Assembly: GCA_043747615.1 (NCBI GenBank)
Contig: JAYTOU010000024.1
Location: 67,295-131,294 of the forward strand
DNA length: 64,000 nt
Source of the DNA: Myxococcales bacterium
GTDB taxonomy: Bacteria; Myxococcota_A; Polyangia; Polyangiales; Polyangiaceae
Direction: 5' to 3'
Shown here: one piece after another, positions 48,747 through 58,253 of the stretch
Numbering within the stretch: position 1 is the first letter of the stretch
Layout: the number at the start of each line of letters is the position of its first letter
Notes under the pieces: generated by a model
The model's input: the letters and a program-made list of their open reading frames with translations, nothing else
The model's database searches: none
What the model was told of the DNA's origin: nothing
Position numbers and translations under genes: made by a program

Positions 48747-50519
48747 ATGACGCTTCGGATGCAGCTGGTCGACTTCTACAAGCTCTCGCGCCCGGTGCAG
48801 GAGCGCTTCATCGGCTCGGTCAACGGCGGCGGACTTCCCTCACCGATCCTCGAGCTGCGGGGCGGTCCTCGGGAGCCGCTTGCGTGGCTTGCAGTAAGCG
48901 GGGGCGGTCTTCTTGCGCTTCTCGTGCTCTACCGGATCGGCCTCGGAGATCTCACGAGCTCCGTCGCCATTAATCCCGCGGCGATGATCGCGGCCTATGC
49001 CCTCCTGCTCGCCACCGTCGCGGTTGGACTACTCAAGGCGCTGGCCGTCTGGAAAGAAGTCCGCGAGCTTCCGTACCGCCCCGGCATTTACGTCTTCCCT
49101 ATCGGCCTCATCGACGCGCGCCGTCATCAGCTCTACATCTATCCCATCGAAGAGCTCACCTCGGCGGAGGGGCCTGATCCTTCACAAAGCTTTCGCGTCG
49201 CGTTCCCGAACAACGCGAGCTTCGAGTTCCCAGTGCGTGACCGCGATCGTGCGCTCGAAGCGGCGAAGCTCCTCTCGGAGGCGCGGGGAAGGCTGACCGA
49301 CGCCGACGGAGCACGCGACAGTGTTCGGCCGAAAGCGATGGCAGCGCTCGATCCGCTCCACGGCTTTGCCAGTCCGCTCATGCCGAGCACGCCCATCATC
49401 CGCAACGTTCCTTTTTGGGCCGTACGCGCGCCGATCGTGGCCGGAGTGGTCGGCGTTCTTCTCGGTATCGGCGTGTGGGCGATGCGCAACGTAGGGAGCG
49501 ACGATCGCATGTTCGCGACGGCCAAAGCGGCGGCGGATGCTCCGGCCTACCGCGCGTACATCGCACGTGGATCGCGTCACAAAGATGAAGTCGGTAAAGT
49601 TCTCCTTCCGCGCGCTGAGCTCCGCGAGGCCGAGAAAGCAGGAACGGTCGAGGCCGTCGAAAAATACATCAGGGAGCATCCAGGCTCGAAAATCCAAGCG
49701 GAAGCGTCGGCATCCCTTCGCACGGCCATGCTCGCAGAGCTCGAGACGGCCAAGGCGCCGGGCACCCTCAGCGCGCTCCAAGACTTCGCAAAAAAACACC
49801 CCGGCAGTCATCTCGAGCCCGAACTTCGGCTGGCCACGGACGCCATCTACAAGGCAGCCCGCGACGGTTACATGAAGACGGCCCCCGAAAAAGATCCGCT
49901 CGTGCCCGCGCTGGTCGATCGTCTGCTCGCCTTCGCGCAGAAGACGAAGAGCCCCGTCGTGCAGATCCGTTTCCGGCGCAAGATCGGCAAGTCGATGGAC
50001 AAGGGCGATTCGATGGTCGGTAAGAGCAAGTTCTTCGCCGGCGTAGCTTCGCTGCCGTCCCGTTATTTCGACGAGAAGCACGCGCGGGCCCGGGAAGCAG
50101 ACTTGGGGAAGGCGATCATCGATCGCTTCCAAGCGGCGTTCCCCAAAGAAATTCTTTCCTTCGAACAGGGCGATCCCATCGGCGGCGATCAAGAGGAGCC
50201 GCTTCCTGCGGTGACGGGGCCCACGCTCTTCATCGAGCATCTCACGGAATGGTCTGGAGGCGCGTCGACCACCGAGAAGCCGCGCGGGATCTACGTCGGC
50301 CTCGGTGTCCTCTTCGAGGCGTCGTTCCGCATGCCCGAGGACACGAAGCCCGCCTACCGTTTCAAGCTCGCCGGCTGGCGCGGTCCCGACGTGTCACTCG
50401 CGAAGGAAGAAGACCGGCCGGAAGAGAAAATCTACCAGGCCGCCGCGAAAGAAGACTTCGATCTCTTCGCAAAGAAATTCTTGGCGGGCTTCTTCAAACC
50501 CGCCGAGAAGGCAAAATAG
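48747..50519 (+). CDS. Hypothetical membrane protein with periplasmic helical repeats
   Basis: Three TM segments, then repeated A....T..A...Y...HP.S helical units. Confidence 0.75.
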   Translation: MTLRMQLVDFYKLSRPVQERFIGSVNGGGLPSPILELRGGPREPLAWLAVSGGGLLALLVLYRIGLGDLTSSVAINPAAMIAAYALLLATVAVGLLKALAVWKEVRELPYRPGIYVFPIGLIDARRHQLYIYPIEELTSAEGPDPSQSFRVAFPNNASFEFPVRDRDRALEAAKLLSEARGRLTDADGARDSVRPKAMAALDPLHGFASPLMPSTPIIRNVPFWAVRAPIVAGVVGVLLGIGVWAMRNVGSDDRMFATAKAAADAPAYRAYIARGSRHKDEVGKVLLPRAELREAEKAGTVEAVEKYIREHPGSKIQAEASASLRTAMLAELETAKAPGTLSALQDFAKKHPGSHLEPELRLATDAIYKAARDGYMKTAPEKDPLVPALVDRLLAFAQKTKSPVVQIRFRRKIGKSMDKGDSMVGKSKFFAGVASLPSRYFDEKHARAREADLGKAIIDRFQAAFPKEILSFEQGDPIGGDQEEPLPAVTGPTLFIEHLTEWSGGASTTEKPRGIYVGLGVLFEASFRMPEDTKPAYRFKLAGWRGPDVSLAKEEDRPEEKIYQAAAKEDFDLFAKKFLAGFFKPAEKAK

Positions 50520-50535
50520 AGCGGCCGCGCCCGGG

Positions 50536-51564
50536 TCACATCGCTCCGCAGAACGCCACGCATGAATTGAGGGTCGTGGAGCAGATGCCCGTGCATTGGC
50601 CGATCTCGGCGGTGGTGCAGGGGGTGGGGGCTGCGACCTTCGCTGCACATTTCGCCGTGGGCGGGGTGGCGTCAGTGGGGTCCGTGTGATTGCACCACAG
50701 GCCAACCTGGCAATCGAGGGTCGCTTTGCAGGGTCCGTCGACGACAACGAGGGGGTTCTCGGTGCCCGTCGTGCATTTCCCGGTTCCGTCGCAGCGAGCC
50801 GGCGCGGTGCACTGGTCGTTGCGCGTGCACGGCGCTGCGCTGCCGCCCTGCGGCTTGCATTTCGACGTGCTGTCGCAATAGAAGCCGGCAGCGCACGCGG
50901 GGTGAGAGCCCATCGGCATCACGAGCGCGCCGAGGCTGCCGTCGTTTCGCAGCGATCCGCAATCTCCGCCCATTCCAGCGGGCGTGCGGCACGTACCGTC
51001 GTTACCGCCGCCGTAGCCAGCGCACGTGAGTCCGTCTTTGCATTCGAGGTCCGCCGAGCAGAGGGCGTTGTTGTCACCCAAGCCCACGAACGCGAGCGCG
51101 CACGCCGGGTTGGGCTCGATCGTGGGATCAACGAGCTGCAGCGTCGCGCAAACGCTCGTATCGGCAAACTTCGCCATGTAGTCCGTGACGCACGACAGGG
51201 CCTGCGCTTGCTGATACATCGTGCGGCCCTTCGTCACGCTCCCTCCGATGGCGGTGACGCACGCCGCGAGGATGCTCTGGGCATGGCTCACGAGCTCGCC
51301 CCCCTGAGGGAGGGCCTTGTCGGTCGCGTTGCAGCACGAATTGACGAGGGCTGAGTACGCGCCGAGGGTCCCCTTGCAGAACGCTTCGGCCGCGCCCGCT
51401 ACGGAGCTGTCCCCGGTGCTCGCTTCTCCGCCTCCACCTGACTCGAGCATGCCTGCATCGTTTCGCGGAAGATCGGGGAGAGCAGGTTCCGAGCTACCGC
51501 ACGCGAAGACGATCCCGCCGATGCCCACTCCAACCGCCGACATGAGAACCGCGACTTTGCGCAT
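50536..51564 (-). CDS. Cys-rich lipoprotein (EB/Dickkopf-like modules)
   Basis: VFAC lipobox, DAG linker, repeated C....C..GL.C units. Confidence 0.75.
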   Translation of the reverse strand: MRKVAVLMSAVGVGIGGIVFACGSSEPALPDLPRNDAGMLESGGGGEASTGDSSVAGAAEAFCKGTLGAYSALVNSCCNATDKALPQGGELVSHAQSILAACVTAIGGSVTKGRTMYQQAQALSCVTDYMAKFADTSVCATLQLVDPTIEPNPACALAFVGLGDNNALCSADLECKDGLTCAGYGGGNDGTCRTPAGMGGDCGSLRNDGSLGALVMPMGSHPACAAGFYCDSTSKCKPQGGSAAPCTRNDQCTAPARCDGTGKCTTGTENPLVVVDGPCKATLDCQVGLWCNHTDPTDATPPTAKCAAKVAAPTPCTTAEIGQCTGICSTTLNSCVAFCGAM

Positions 51565-51677
51565 GAAGACCTCCGGGAGAAATTCTATTTGGGAATAGCT
51601 TTAGACCGCTAGCATAGCGGGCTTCGGCTTGTCTCGGAGGCGAACTCCGGTGCTTTTTTGACTAACGCCAAGCCGAT

Positions 51678-52877
51678 TCACGCCGGGGGACGTTCGATGC
51701 CGAGGGGAGCAAAACGGTCACGTTCTGCCGGAGGCAAGGCTGCTAGCTTGCGCACGAGATCCGCCTTGTTCAGGTAGATCTCTTCGCGGTGGCCGGCGTC
51801 GGTCTCGGTCTTCAAGGAGAGCTCGTTTGCGTTCGGGCTGCGTCGGTCGATCTCCGCCAACGTAGGCGCAAGGATGCGGACGATGCGCTCGACGAGCGGA
51901 ACGACGAGACCGGCCTCGAACACGTCCTCGCCGTCGAGATGGATCGAGATGACGTGCTCCTTGTGCTCCAAGGCGCCCAATGACGCGCTTCGTAAAAGCT
52001 GCCAGAGGCGCTCGAGCTGCACGAGATCACCCGCGTCGACGCGCGACGGGAGCTGACCGTCGACGTCGGGATCATCGGGGCGATGAATATCGGCGACGAG
52101 CTCGCTGTCGACCCGTCTCACGTTGAAGATGAGCGAGTCGGGTTGGTCCGCCTTCTTGCGGAGACGGATCTCGGCCGCGTCGTCGCTGAGCTCGAAGCCC
52201 CCCACGAAGTAGTCGTCGAGATGGAGAATCTCGGGCTCCACTTTCTTCGAGAACCAGCTCTTTCGCGCGCCGACCATGAGATCGACTCCTTGCGCGAACT
52301 CGGAGACCTTGCGCGGGCGTCTCCAGTCTTCGAGGCCATCGATCGACAGCGAAAATCCAGCGACGATCCCCTCGGGAATGATGCTGATCGTGGAGAGAAC
52401 GTTTCGCGCTTCGCGGCCGTCGGTGACCAAGCCCAGCGTGATCCGACTCTCGAGGAGAGGCAGCTTGCCGGTGCGGAAGAAGGTTTCGACCGAGCCGCGG
52501 ACGTCGATCTTGCGCCGGTCTACTTCGAGACGAACGCTAGCGAGCTCTCGGTCGTTCTGCTGCGAAATGAGGGTGCGCGCGATCTCGACGTGGCGGGTCG
52601 CATGCTCGCCCATGATGCGCGCGTACTCCGAGGTGTATTGATCACCGGTGCGCGCCGCGCCCTCGCGCAGCCCCTGCATCATGAACACGTGGAAGCGCTC
52701 GAGCTCGTCGATCGATTTCGTGCGCCCGACAGCCGCCGCGCTCGCCGCGCTCTGGAGACCACGCGATTCCGCGTCGAGCGCCAAGGCGATCGCCGCTGAT
52801 CCCACGAAGGACTCGAGGGTCGCGAGGAAATTGTAACGAAGTGGAAACGGGGCAGAGTCGCCGTAGAGGTAGCGCAA
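51678..52877 (-). CDS. Hypothetical cytoplasmic protein (N-terminal helical/coiled-coil region)
   Basis: 399-aa ORF, TTG start, coding-like composition, no TM. Confidence 0.7.
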   Translation of the reverse strand: MRYLYGDSAPFPLRYNFLATLESFVGSAAIALALDAESRGLQSAASAAAVGRTKSIDELERFHVFMMQGLREGAARTGDQYTSEYARIMGEHATRHVEIARTLISQQNDRELASVRLEVDRRKIDVRGSVETFFRTGKLPLLESRITLGLVTDGREARNVLSTISIIPEGIVAGFSLSIDGLEDWRRPRKVSEFAQGVDLMVGARKSWFSKKVEPEILHLDDYFVGGFELSDDAAEIRLRKKADQPDSLIFNVRRVDSELVADIHRPDDPDVDGQLPSRVDAGDLVQLERLWQLLRSASLGALEHKEHVISIHLDGEDVFEAGLVVPLVERIVRILAPTLAEIDRRSPNANELSLKTETDAGHREEIYLNKADLVRKLAALPPAERDRFAPLGIERPPA

Positions 52878-53095
52878 ACCGCAGAAATCGTAACGTCAGT
52901 TCAAAACCTTCGCCAGAGGTAGATTCGGCGCGCTCACGCTGAGAGTGGCGGACATCGATGCGCTCTACGGCGGCGCGTCGACGCCGGTGGTGCGCTCGGT
53001 CACGAGCTTCAGACTCGACGCGCCGGCTTCTCCGCCATGCCGAGGCCGACGATTGTGCCTCACGCCATCAAGATACCAAGCCAAACAAGGGTAAA

Positions 53096-55846
53096 TTAGA
53101 GGCTGTCGACGAGCCTCAGCCCCACGGGCAGGCCTTCGCCGAAGAACGCAGCGCGCTCCGCCTCTTTCATCGGCACGTGCTCGCGCACCGAGCGGAGCGC
53201 CTCCTCGCTCGCGCCAATCTCGCCGAGTCGGCGCGCAACCTCCAAGCGTACCCTCTCGCTCACGTCACGCGCGCGATCGCCGGTGACCCGGGCCAGCGAC
53301 ACGGCCGCCTGCCCCGCGGTGGGCACGAGCTCCCATTTCTCTCGCAACAGATGATCGAGCCAGCGCTCGGCGACGAGTGGGCTCACCACATGGTGCACGC
53401 TGGCGTACGCGGGGACGCGCGCTCCGAGCCGCGAGAGCACCGTCCACAACCGCGGATCGCGATCCGTCCACGTGCGCTCGAGGATCCATCCGCCGAGCTC
53501 GCTCTTGCGTGCGTGCGGGACGCGCTCGAGGGTCGAGGTCATGTCTAGCATGTCGTCGATGGCGTCGAATCGAGCTTTTTTTGGCTTCTTCACGCCACTC
53601 GAGGCGGGCGCGAGAAAGGGATCCGCCGCGTCGCGGATCCGGATCTGGGTGATCTCGTCAATCCCTGCCACCACGCGTCGCCAGGCGATCCAGAACTGTT
53701 GCCACCCCCGTGCGTTGTCGGGGAAGGCGAGCTTTTCGTCGAAGAGCTCGGCGAGGCTCGAGACCCGCGCGGCATCGAGAGGATCTCCGAAGCCGGGGCG
53801 AAGGGAAAAGCCAGCGAGCATCCAGAAGATGCGCTCGTGATCGGGTGACCGCCTTCGTGACCGGCGGAGCGGCGAAAGAACGTCGAAGAGCGAGCGAGAC
53901 AGAGCCATCGTCCACGCGGCGCGCTCACCGAGATGGCGCTCGAGCTCGCGCACCAGATCTTTCACGTCACGAGCCGCAGCGTCCGGACGCGGTTTACCGA
54001 ACACGCGATCGATCGCTGCAAGCGCAAGATCCAAGCGCTGTCCTCGCGACGGCGGCGGAAGACTGGTTGGCATCAGCGAAGGGAGCCCCTCCGAGCTTGG
54101 GCGGAGCTCGAAGGCCAGAGCGAAGCGTCGCGGCACTTTTTCCGGGTCTTGATCCGCTTCGACACATGCGAGATCGAGAGTCCCGACAGCGGTGAGCTCG
54201 CCTTCGAGAGCGACGCGGATTTCCGTTTGCGCGTCTCCCGCGCGAAAGGAGGTGACCACCGGCGGGAGCGCCTGGAAAAGATCGCCATCGAGCAGCACGA
54301 CATCGCCCGGGTGGTCCGTGCGCGCGTCGTCGGACGTGAAGAGGTCGAAACGCACCGCCCGCCCCACGGTGAGGGCCAGCGTTCGTCCGGCGGCGACCTG
54401 AGGAACACCTTCCGGAGCACCACGCGGCACCACGCAGACGGCACGCCGTGACTCGGTCTGTTTGGAGTCGAGAGCCACGTAGTAGCCGCGAGACGCGCCG
54501 CTTTGAATGCGCACGCCATGTCCGCGAAGAGCGAGGCCATAGGCGACGGCGCCGCGGGCCACGCCCAGGTCGGGCTCACGATTTGGCAGTATTTCCAGGG
54601 GTCGCGACGCCGAAGGACGCCAACCGTCGACCACCTCCGTCAGGCGCGCGACGATGCGCTGCGCGTGGAAGACGCCACCGTTCAAGAGGAGCGCCGTCGG
54701 GTGCGCGTTCGGAGGTGCATGCCTCGCAAAGAACGAGGCCACGTGTCGGGTGATCGCCGCGTCTTTTTCGTACGGCAAGCCGAACGCAACGAGCCCGCCT
54801 TTCGACCGCTCGGGACGAGCATCGCGCGACGCGTTCGGAAAAAATCCGTCCACCACGATGCGCTCGCAGTCCTCGCGGGTGAGCCTGGCCGTGCGCGTGT
54901 TGCCCAGCAAGCTCGAGCCGCTCCCGAGAACGGTGACCGGTACCTCGACGGGCGCACCATCGGACAACAATGTTTCTTTCGCCACGCGGCAAGCACTGAC
55001 CAGTTGACCGAAGCGAGCGGGATCGAATTTCGTCTCCATGCGCGACTCACAGAGCATGGCGAGCGCGAGGTCCATGTTGTCGCCACCAAGGAGAAGATGA
55101 TGCCCGACGGCGACCCGCGAGACCTCGTAGGGCACGACTCCCGAAGCGCGCGCTACCCGAACGAGGGAAAGATCGGTCGTGCCCCCTCCCACATCGCAGA
55201 TGAGCACGAGCTGCTCAGCGCTCTCATTTCGAGCTAAAAAAGCCTCGATGCCTGCATTGCCTGCACGATGCATGTAATCGTAAAACGCGGCCTGCGGCTC
55301 CTCGAGCAGACGGATGGGGATGCCGGCCCGCGAGGCGGCTTCCACCGTGAGCTCGCGCGCGACCTCGTCGAACGAAGCGGGCACGGTGAGGATCACGGCC
55401 TGAGCTTCCAGCGGCGCGGCGGGGAAGGCGCTGTTCCAGGTTTGCCGCACGTGAGCGAGGTAGCGCGCGCTCGCATCGATCGGTGAGATCAGCGGGAGGT
55501 CACTCGCCTCGTCCGATCCCCACGGGAGAATCGCGGCGCTGCGGTCCACACCCGCATGACAGAGCCAGCTCTTGGCGGAGGCCACGAGACGGCCGGGCAC
55601 TTCCGAGCCTCGGCGGCGCGCGAACTCTCCGGTCGCGTAGGGTGCGTCGAGAAACGGATCCGTGGTGACTTCGCCTGCGAGCGGCACGTAGAGGCACGAT
55701 GGAAAGAGAGCGCGCGCCTCGGTCTCTCCCGCCGTGACCAGCTGCGGAATCGGAAAAATGTTGAGAGGCGATGCGCCGCCGACCTCCGCCCAAGCGACGA
55801 TCGTGTTGGTGGTCCCGAGGTCAATCCCGACGACACGCGCGGCCAT
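53096..55846 (-). CDS. Atypical Hsp70-family protein with long C-terminal (DUF3731-like) helical extension
   Basis: GIDLGTTN, TVPASFD, EEPQAAF, DVGGGTTD, LGGDNMD, then WMLAGFSLRPGFG, WRRV.AG, RLGARVP. TAATG overlap with upstream gene. Confidence 0.88.
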   Translation of the reverse strand: MAARVVGIDLGTTNTIVAWAEVGGASPLNIFPIPQLVTAGETEARALFPSCLYVPLAGEVTTDPFLDAPYATGEFARRRGSEVPGRLVASAKSWLCHAGVDRSAAILPWGSDEASDLPLISPIDASARYLAHVRQTWNSAFPAAPLEAQAVILTVPASFDEVARELTVEAASRAGIPIRLLEEPQAAFYDYMHRAGNAGIEAFLARNESAEQLVLICDVGGGTTDLSLVRVARASGVVPYEVSRVAVGHHLLLGGDNMDLALAMLCESRMETKFDPARFGQLVSACRVAKETLLSDGAPVEVPVTVLGSGSSLLGNTRTARLTREDCERIVVDGFFPNASRDARPERSKGGLVAFGLPYEKDAAITRHVASFFARHAPPNAHPTALLLNGGVFHAQRIVARLTEVVDGWRPSASRPLEILPNREPDLGVARGAVAYGLALRGHGVRIQSGASRGYYVALDSKQTESRRAVCVVPRGAPEGVPQVAAGRTLALTVGRAVRFDLFTSDDARTDHPGDVVLLDGDLFQALPPVVTSFRAGDAQTEIRVALEGELTAVGTLDLACVEADQDPEKVPRRFALAFELRPSSEGLPSLMPTSLPPPSRGQRLDLALAAIDRVFGKPRPDAAARDVKDLVRELERHLGERAAWTMALSRSLFDVLSPLRRSRRRSPDHERIFWMLAGFSLRPGFGDPLDAARVSSLAELFDEKLAFPDNARGWQQFWIAWRRVVAGIDEITQIRIRDAADPFLAPASSGVKKPKKARFDAIDDMLDMTSTLERVPHARKSELGGWILERTWTDRDPRLWTVLSRLGARVPAYASVHHVVSPLVAERWLDHLLREKWELVPTAGQAAVSLARVTGDRARDVSERVRLEVARRLGEIGASEEALRSVREHVPMKEAERAAFFGEGLPVGLRLVDSL

Positions 55847-57714
55847 TAGGCCTGGCCAGGCTCGCGCACGCTGAGCTCGATCCGCCACCTTTCATCGGTT
55901 TTTTGAGGGTGTTTCGGAATCGCTTCGAGGAGAAGCGTGCCCACCTCGGTGACCGACGCGTGAAGCCTCACCGGCACCACGTCTCCTTCGCGGCGTCCCT
56001 CGGAAGGCAGGGTTACCTCGATGGGAGCAAGCTCCTCGAGCTCTCCATCTTTCCACCGTTCGAGCTCGGTCCCCGCTTTGTCGTCGCGTCGCACTGACGA
56101 TCCGAAGAAGCGAAAGCGCACAGGCTCGCCGACCACCACGCCGAGCTCGTGAGGCGGCAACGGAGCGTCCGTCCCCTCCTCCATTCCGAAGGGCGCAAGG
56201 CAGAGCGCGGTGATCGGCGGCTCGATCCCAGGCACGGCGGGGACTGCGCTCTCGATTCCCACGTAATAGGCGCGCGCCGTTCCTCCGCGGATGCGCAGGC
56301 CGCGACCATGCCTGGCGAGTCCATACGACGCTGCACCGCGGGCCACCGCGAGATCGAGATCCGCGCCCTTCAAGATCCGAAGCGGGGACGCGCCATCCGC
56401 CTCGAGCCACGCGTTCAACGTCGACACCAGACGATCACGAAGAACATCGCTCTTCATCACGCCGCCGTTGAAGAGGATCGCCGTGGGGTGAAGGAGCGAG
56501 GGAGCCCGATCGCTCGCTACACCCGATTTTTTCTGGGGTTTCGTGAAGCCCTCTTGCTTCGACAAGGCGTCGGCCTGGCGACCGAGAAATGCCGCGAGGT
56601 GCTTGGTGATCGCTGGATCCGACGCGTACGGCAGCCCGAGCTGCGTGAGACCGCCGCGCGCGCGAGTCAGCGGACGCGTCGCCGCCGTCACCTCTGGAAA
56701 GAAACCCTCGACCAGCGTTTGGGTCACTTCGGCACGCGTCAGCTCGGTGCGGATCGCGCCTCCGACGAGCTTCGAGCCGCGCCCGGCGAGGACGATCGGG
56801 GCGGCGTTCTGAGAAGCGTCTCCCAAGAGAAGCTCCTTTGCGTTCCGGGACGCGTGGGTCAGCGCCGTCATCTCCCAACGGTCGAGCTCTTTTCCCGAGG
56901 CCGCGAGCTTGGTGCGGACCACGTGGGCGAGAGCGAGGTCCATGTTGTCGCCGCCGAGCAAGATATGGTCGCCCACCGCGACGCGCACCAGCTCGAGCGA
57001 CCCGTCTTTCTCGAGCGCGGCTATCGCGGAAAAATCCGTGGTGCCGCCGCCGACGTCGACGACGAGGATCACGTCGCCTACCCGGATCTCTTTTCGCCAG
57101 GCTTCCCCCATCGCCAGCACCCACGCGTAGAGCGCGGCTTGAGGCTCCTCGAGGAGAATGACCTTCTCGAGCCCGGCGGCGAACGCGGCTTCCACCGTGA
57201 GCTCGCGCGCCGCAGCGTCGAACGAGGCGGGCACCGTCACCACGATCTCTTGCTTGGCGAGCGAAAGATCCTTGTTTTCAAGGGCGAAACGCGCGTCCCA
57301 CGCTTCGCTCAAGTGCTCGAGGTAACGCCACGCGGTCTCCACCGGAGAAATTTTGTCGACGTCCTCTGGAGCACCAAGAGGGAGGATCGAGCCGCGCCGA
57401 TCGATGCCCGGGTGCGAAAGCCAGCTCTTCGCGCTCGAGATGAGGCGGGCCGGTGCGTCTACCCCTCGTGCGCGCGCTTGCTCGCCGACGACGAAGGTGC
57501 GGCCGTCGTCCCACGGGAGCGCCTGCTTGCCCTCGCTGTCGTGCGCGAAATAGAGAAACGACGGAAGGAGGGGGCGCGCCTCGAGGACGCCCGGACCGAC
57601 GAGCTGCGGAACGGCGAAGATCTCCGCGTGAGCGTCGTCCCCGGCGAGCTCTGCAAAGGCGAGCGCGGTGTGCGTCGTGCCCAGATCGATCCCGATGACG
57701 TAGCGAGCGGTCAC
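55846..57714 (-). CDS. Atypical Hsp70-family protein lacking the helical lid
   Basis: GIDLGTTH, TVPASFD, EEPQAA, DVGGGTTD, LGGDNMD, AVARGAA. Ends after a beta domain. GTG start overlaps upstream stop. Confidence 0.9.
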   Translation of the reverse strand: MTARYVIGIDLGTTHTALAFAELAGDDAHAEIFAVPQLVGPGVLEARPLLPSFLYFAHDSEGKQALPWDDGRTFVVGEQARARGVDAPARLISSAKSWLSHPGIDRRGSILPLGAPEDVDKISPVETAWRYLEHLSEAWDARFALENKDLSLAKQEIVVTVPASFDAAARELTVEAAFAAGLEKVILLEEPQAALYAWVLAMGEAWRKEIRVGDVILVVDVGGGTTDFSAIAALEKDGSLELVRVAVGDHILLGGDNMDLALAHVVRTKLAASGKELDRWEMTALTHASRNAKELLLGDASQNAAPIVLAGRGSKLVGGAIRTELTRAEVTQTLVEGFFPEVTAATRPLTRARGGLTQLGLPYASDPAITKHLAAFLGRQADALSKQEGFTKPQKKSGVASDRAPSLLHPTAILFNGGVMKSDVLRDRLVSTLNAWLEADGASPLRILKGADLDLAVARGAASYGLARHGRGLRIRGGTARAYYVGIESAVPAVPGIEPPITALCLAPFGMEEGTDAPLPPHELGVVVGEPVRFRFFGSSVRRDDKAGTELERWKDGELEELAPIEVTLPSEGRREGDVVPVRLHASVTEVGTLLLEAIPKHPQKTDERWRIELSVREPGQA

Positions 57715-58232
57715 AGCTCGACCTCCGCGGCGGCGATCACCGTCGGATCGTGCCCCTTCACGGCGCTCGGCAAAGTAAGCTCCGTTGCGCGCCACCCGCG
57801 GTGGCGAAGGATCCCTTTGTAGGGTGCGCCGCCCGCCACGTTTCCACTGAGCTTCACTTGCGCCGGATCGAACCCGGCGGCGAGCGTGAGCGGCGCGCCT
57901 TCCTCTTCGCTGCGCACGGGCGTGAGCTTTACGTGCGTGTGAAGCGCCTTTCGGCAACCCTCGTGGACCACGCGCGCGGTCGCGCCAATCTCGGCGTCGG
58001 TGAACGGGGCGATCTCTTGCTGCAGAAAATCAATCAACCGACCTTCACGCTGGAAGAGCGCGAGAAGCTGGAGCGCGGCTTCAGACGACGCAGGCTCGGC
58101 AGGCTTGGACGGCGGCAACGCCTGACGCGCGTCCCACACCCGCGACGCGAAAGCACCGTCAGAGAGGACGCGAAAAAAACACAGCCAAGCGAACCAGATT
58201 CGAGTGGCGAGAGGGAGCGGGGCTTCGGACAC
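57711..58232 (-). CDS. DUF2760-family protein
   Basis: ALQLLALFQREGRLIDFL, GATARVVHEGC, G.LRHRGW, VIAAAEVEL. Directly upstream of the Hsp70 pair. Confidence 0.85.
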   Translation of the reverse strand: MSEAPLPLATRIWFAWLCFFRVLSDGAFASRVWDARQALPPSKPAEPASSEAALQLLALFQREGRLIDFLQQEIAPFTDAEIGATARVVHEGCRKALHTHVKLTPVRSEEEGAPLTLAAGFDPAQVKLSGNVAGGAPYKGILRHRGWRATELTLPSAVKGHDPTVIAAAEVEL

Positions 58233-58253
58233 CGCCGCAGGTTAGCTAGGTCT

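Noticed and set aside
53096..57714. Calling either Hsp70 dnaK, hscA or hscC
   Set aside because: Both lack the canonical substrate-binding domain and lid, and there is no dnaJ/grpE/isc context.
55846..57957. Extended N-termini given by the ORF track (also 3630, 4822, 12388, 30557, 42541, 55888)
   Set aside because: The extensions overlap neighbouring genes and lack family similarity. Downstream starts give stop/start coupling or proper signal peptides.
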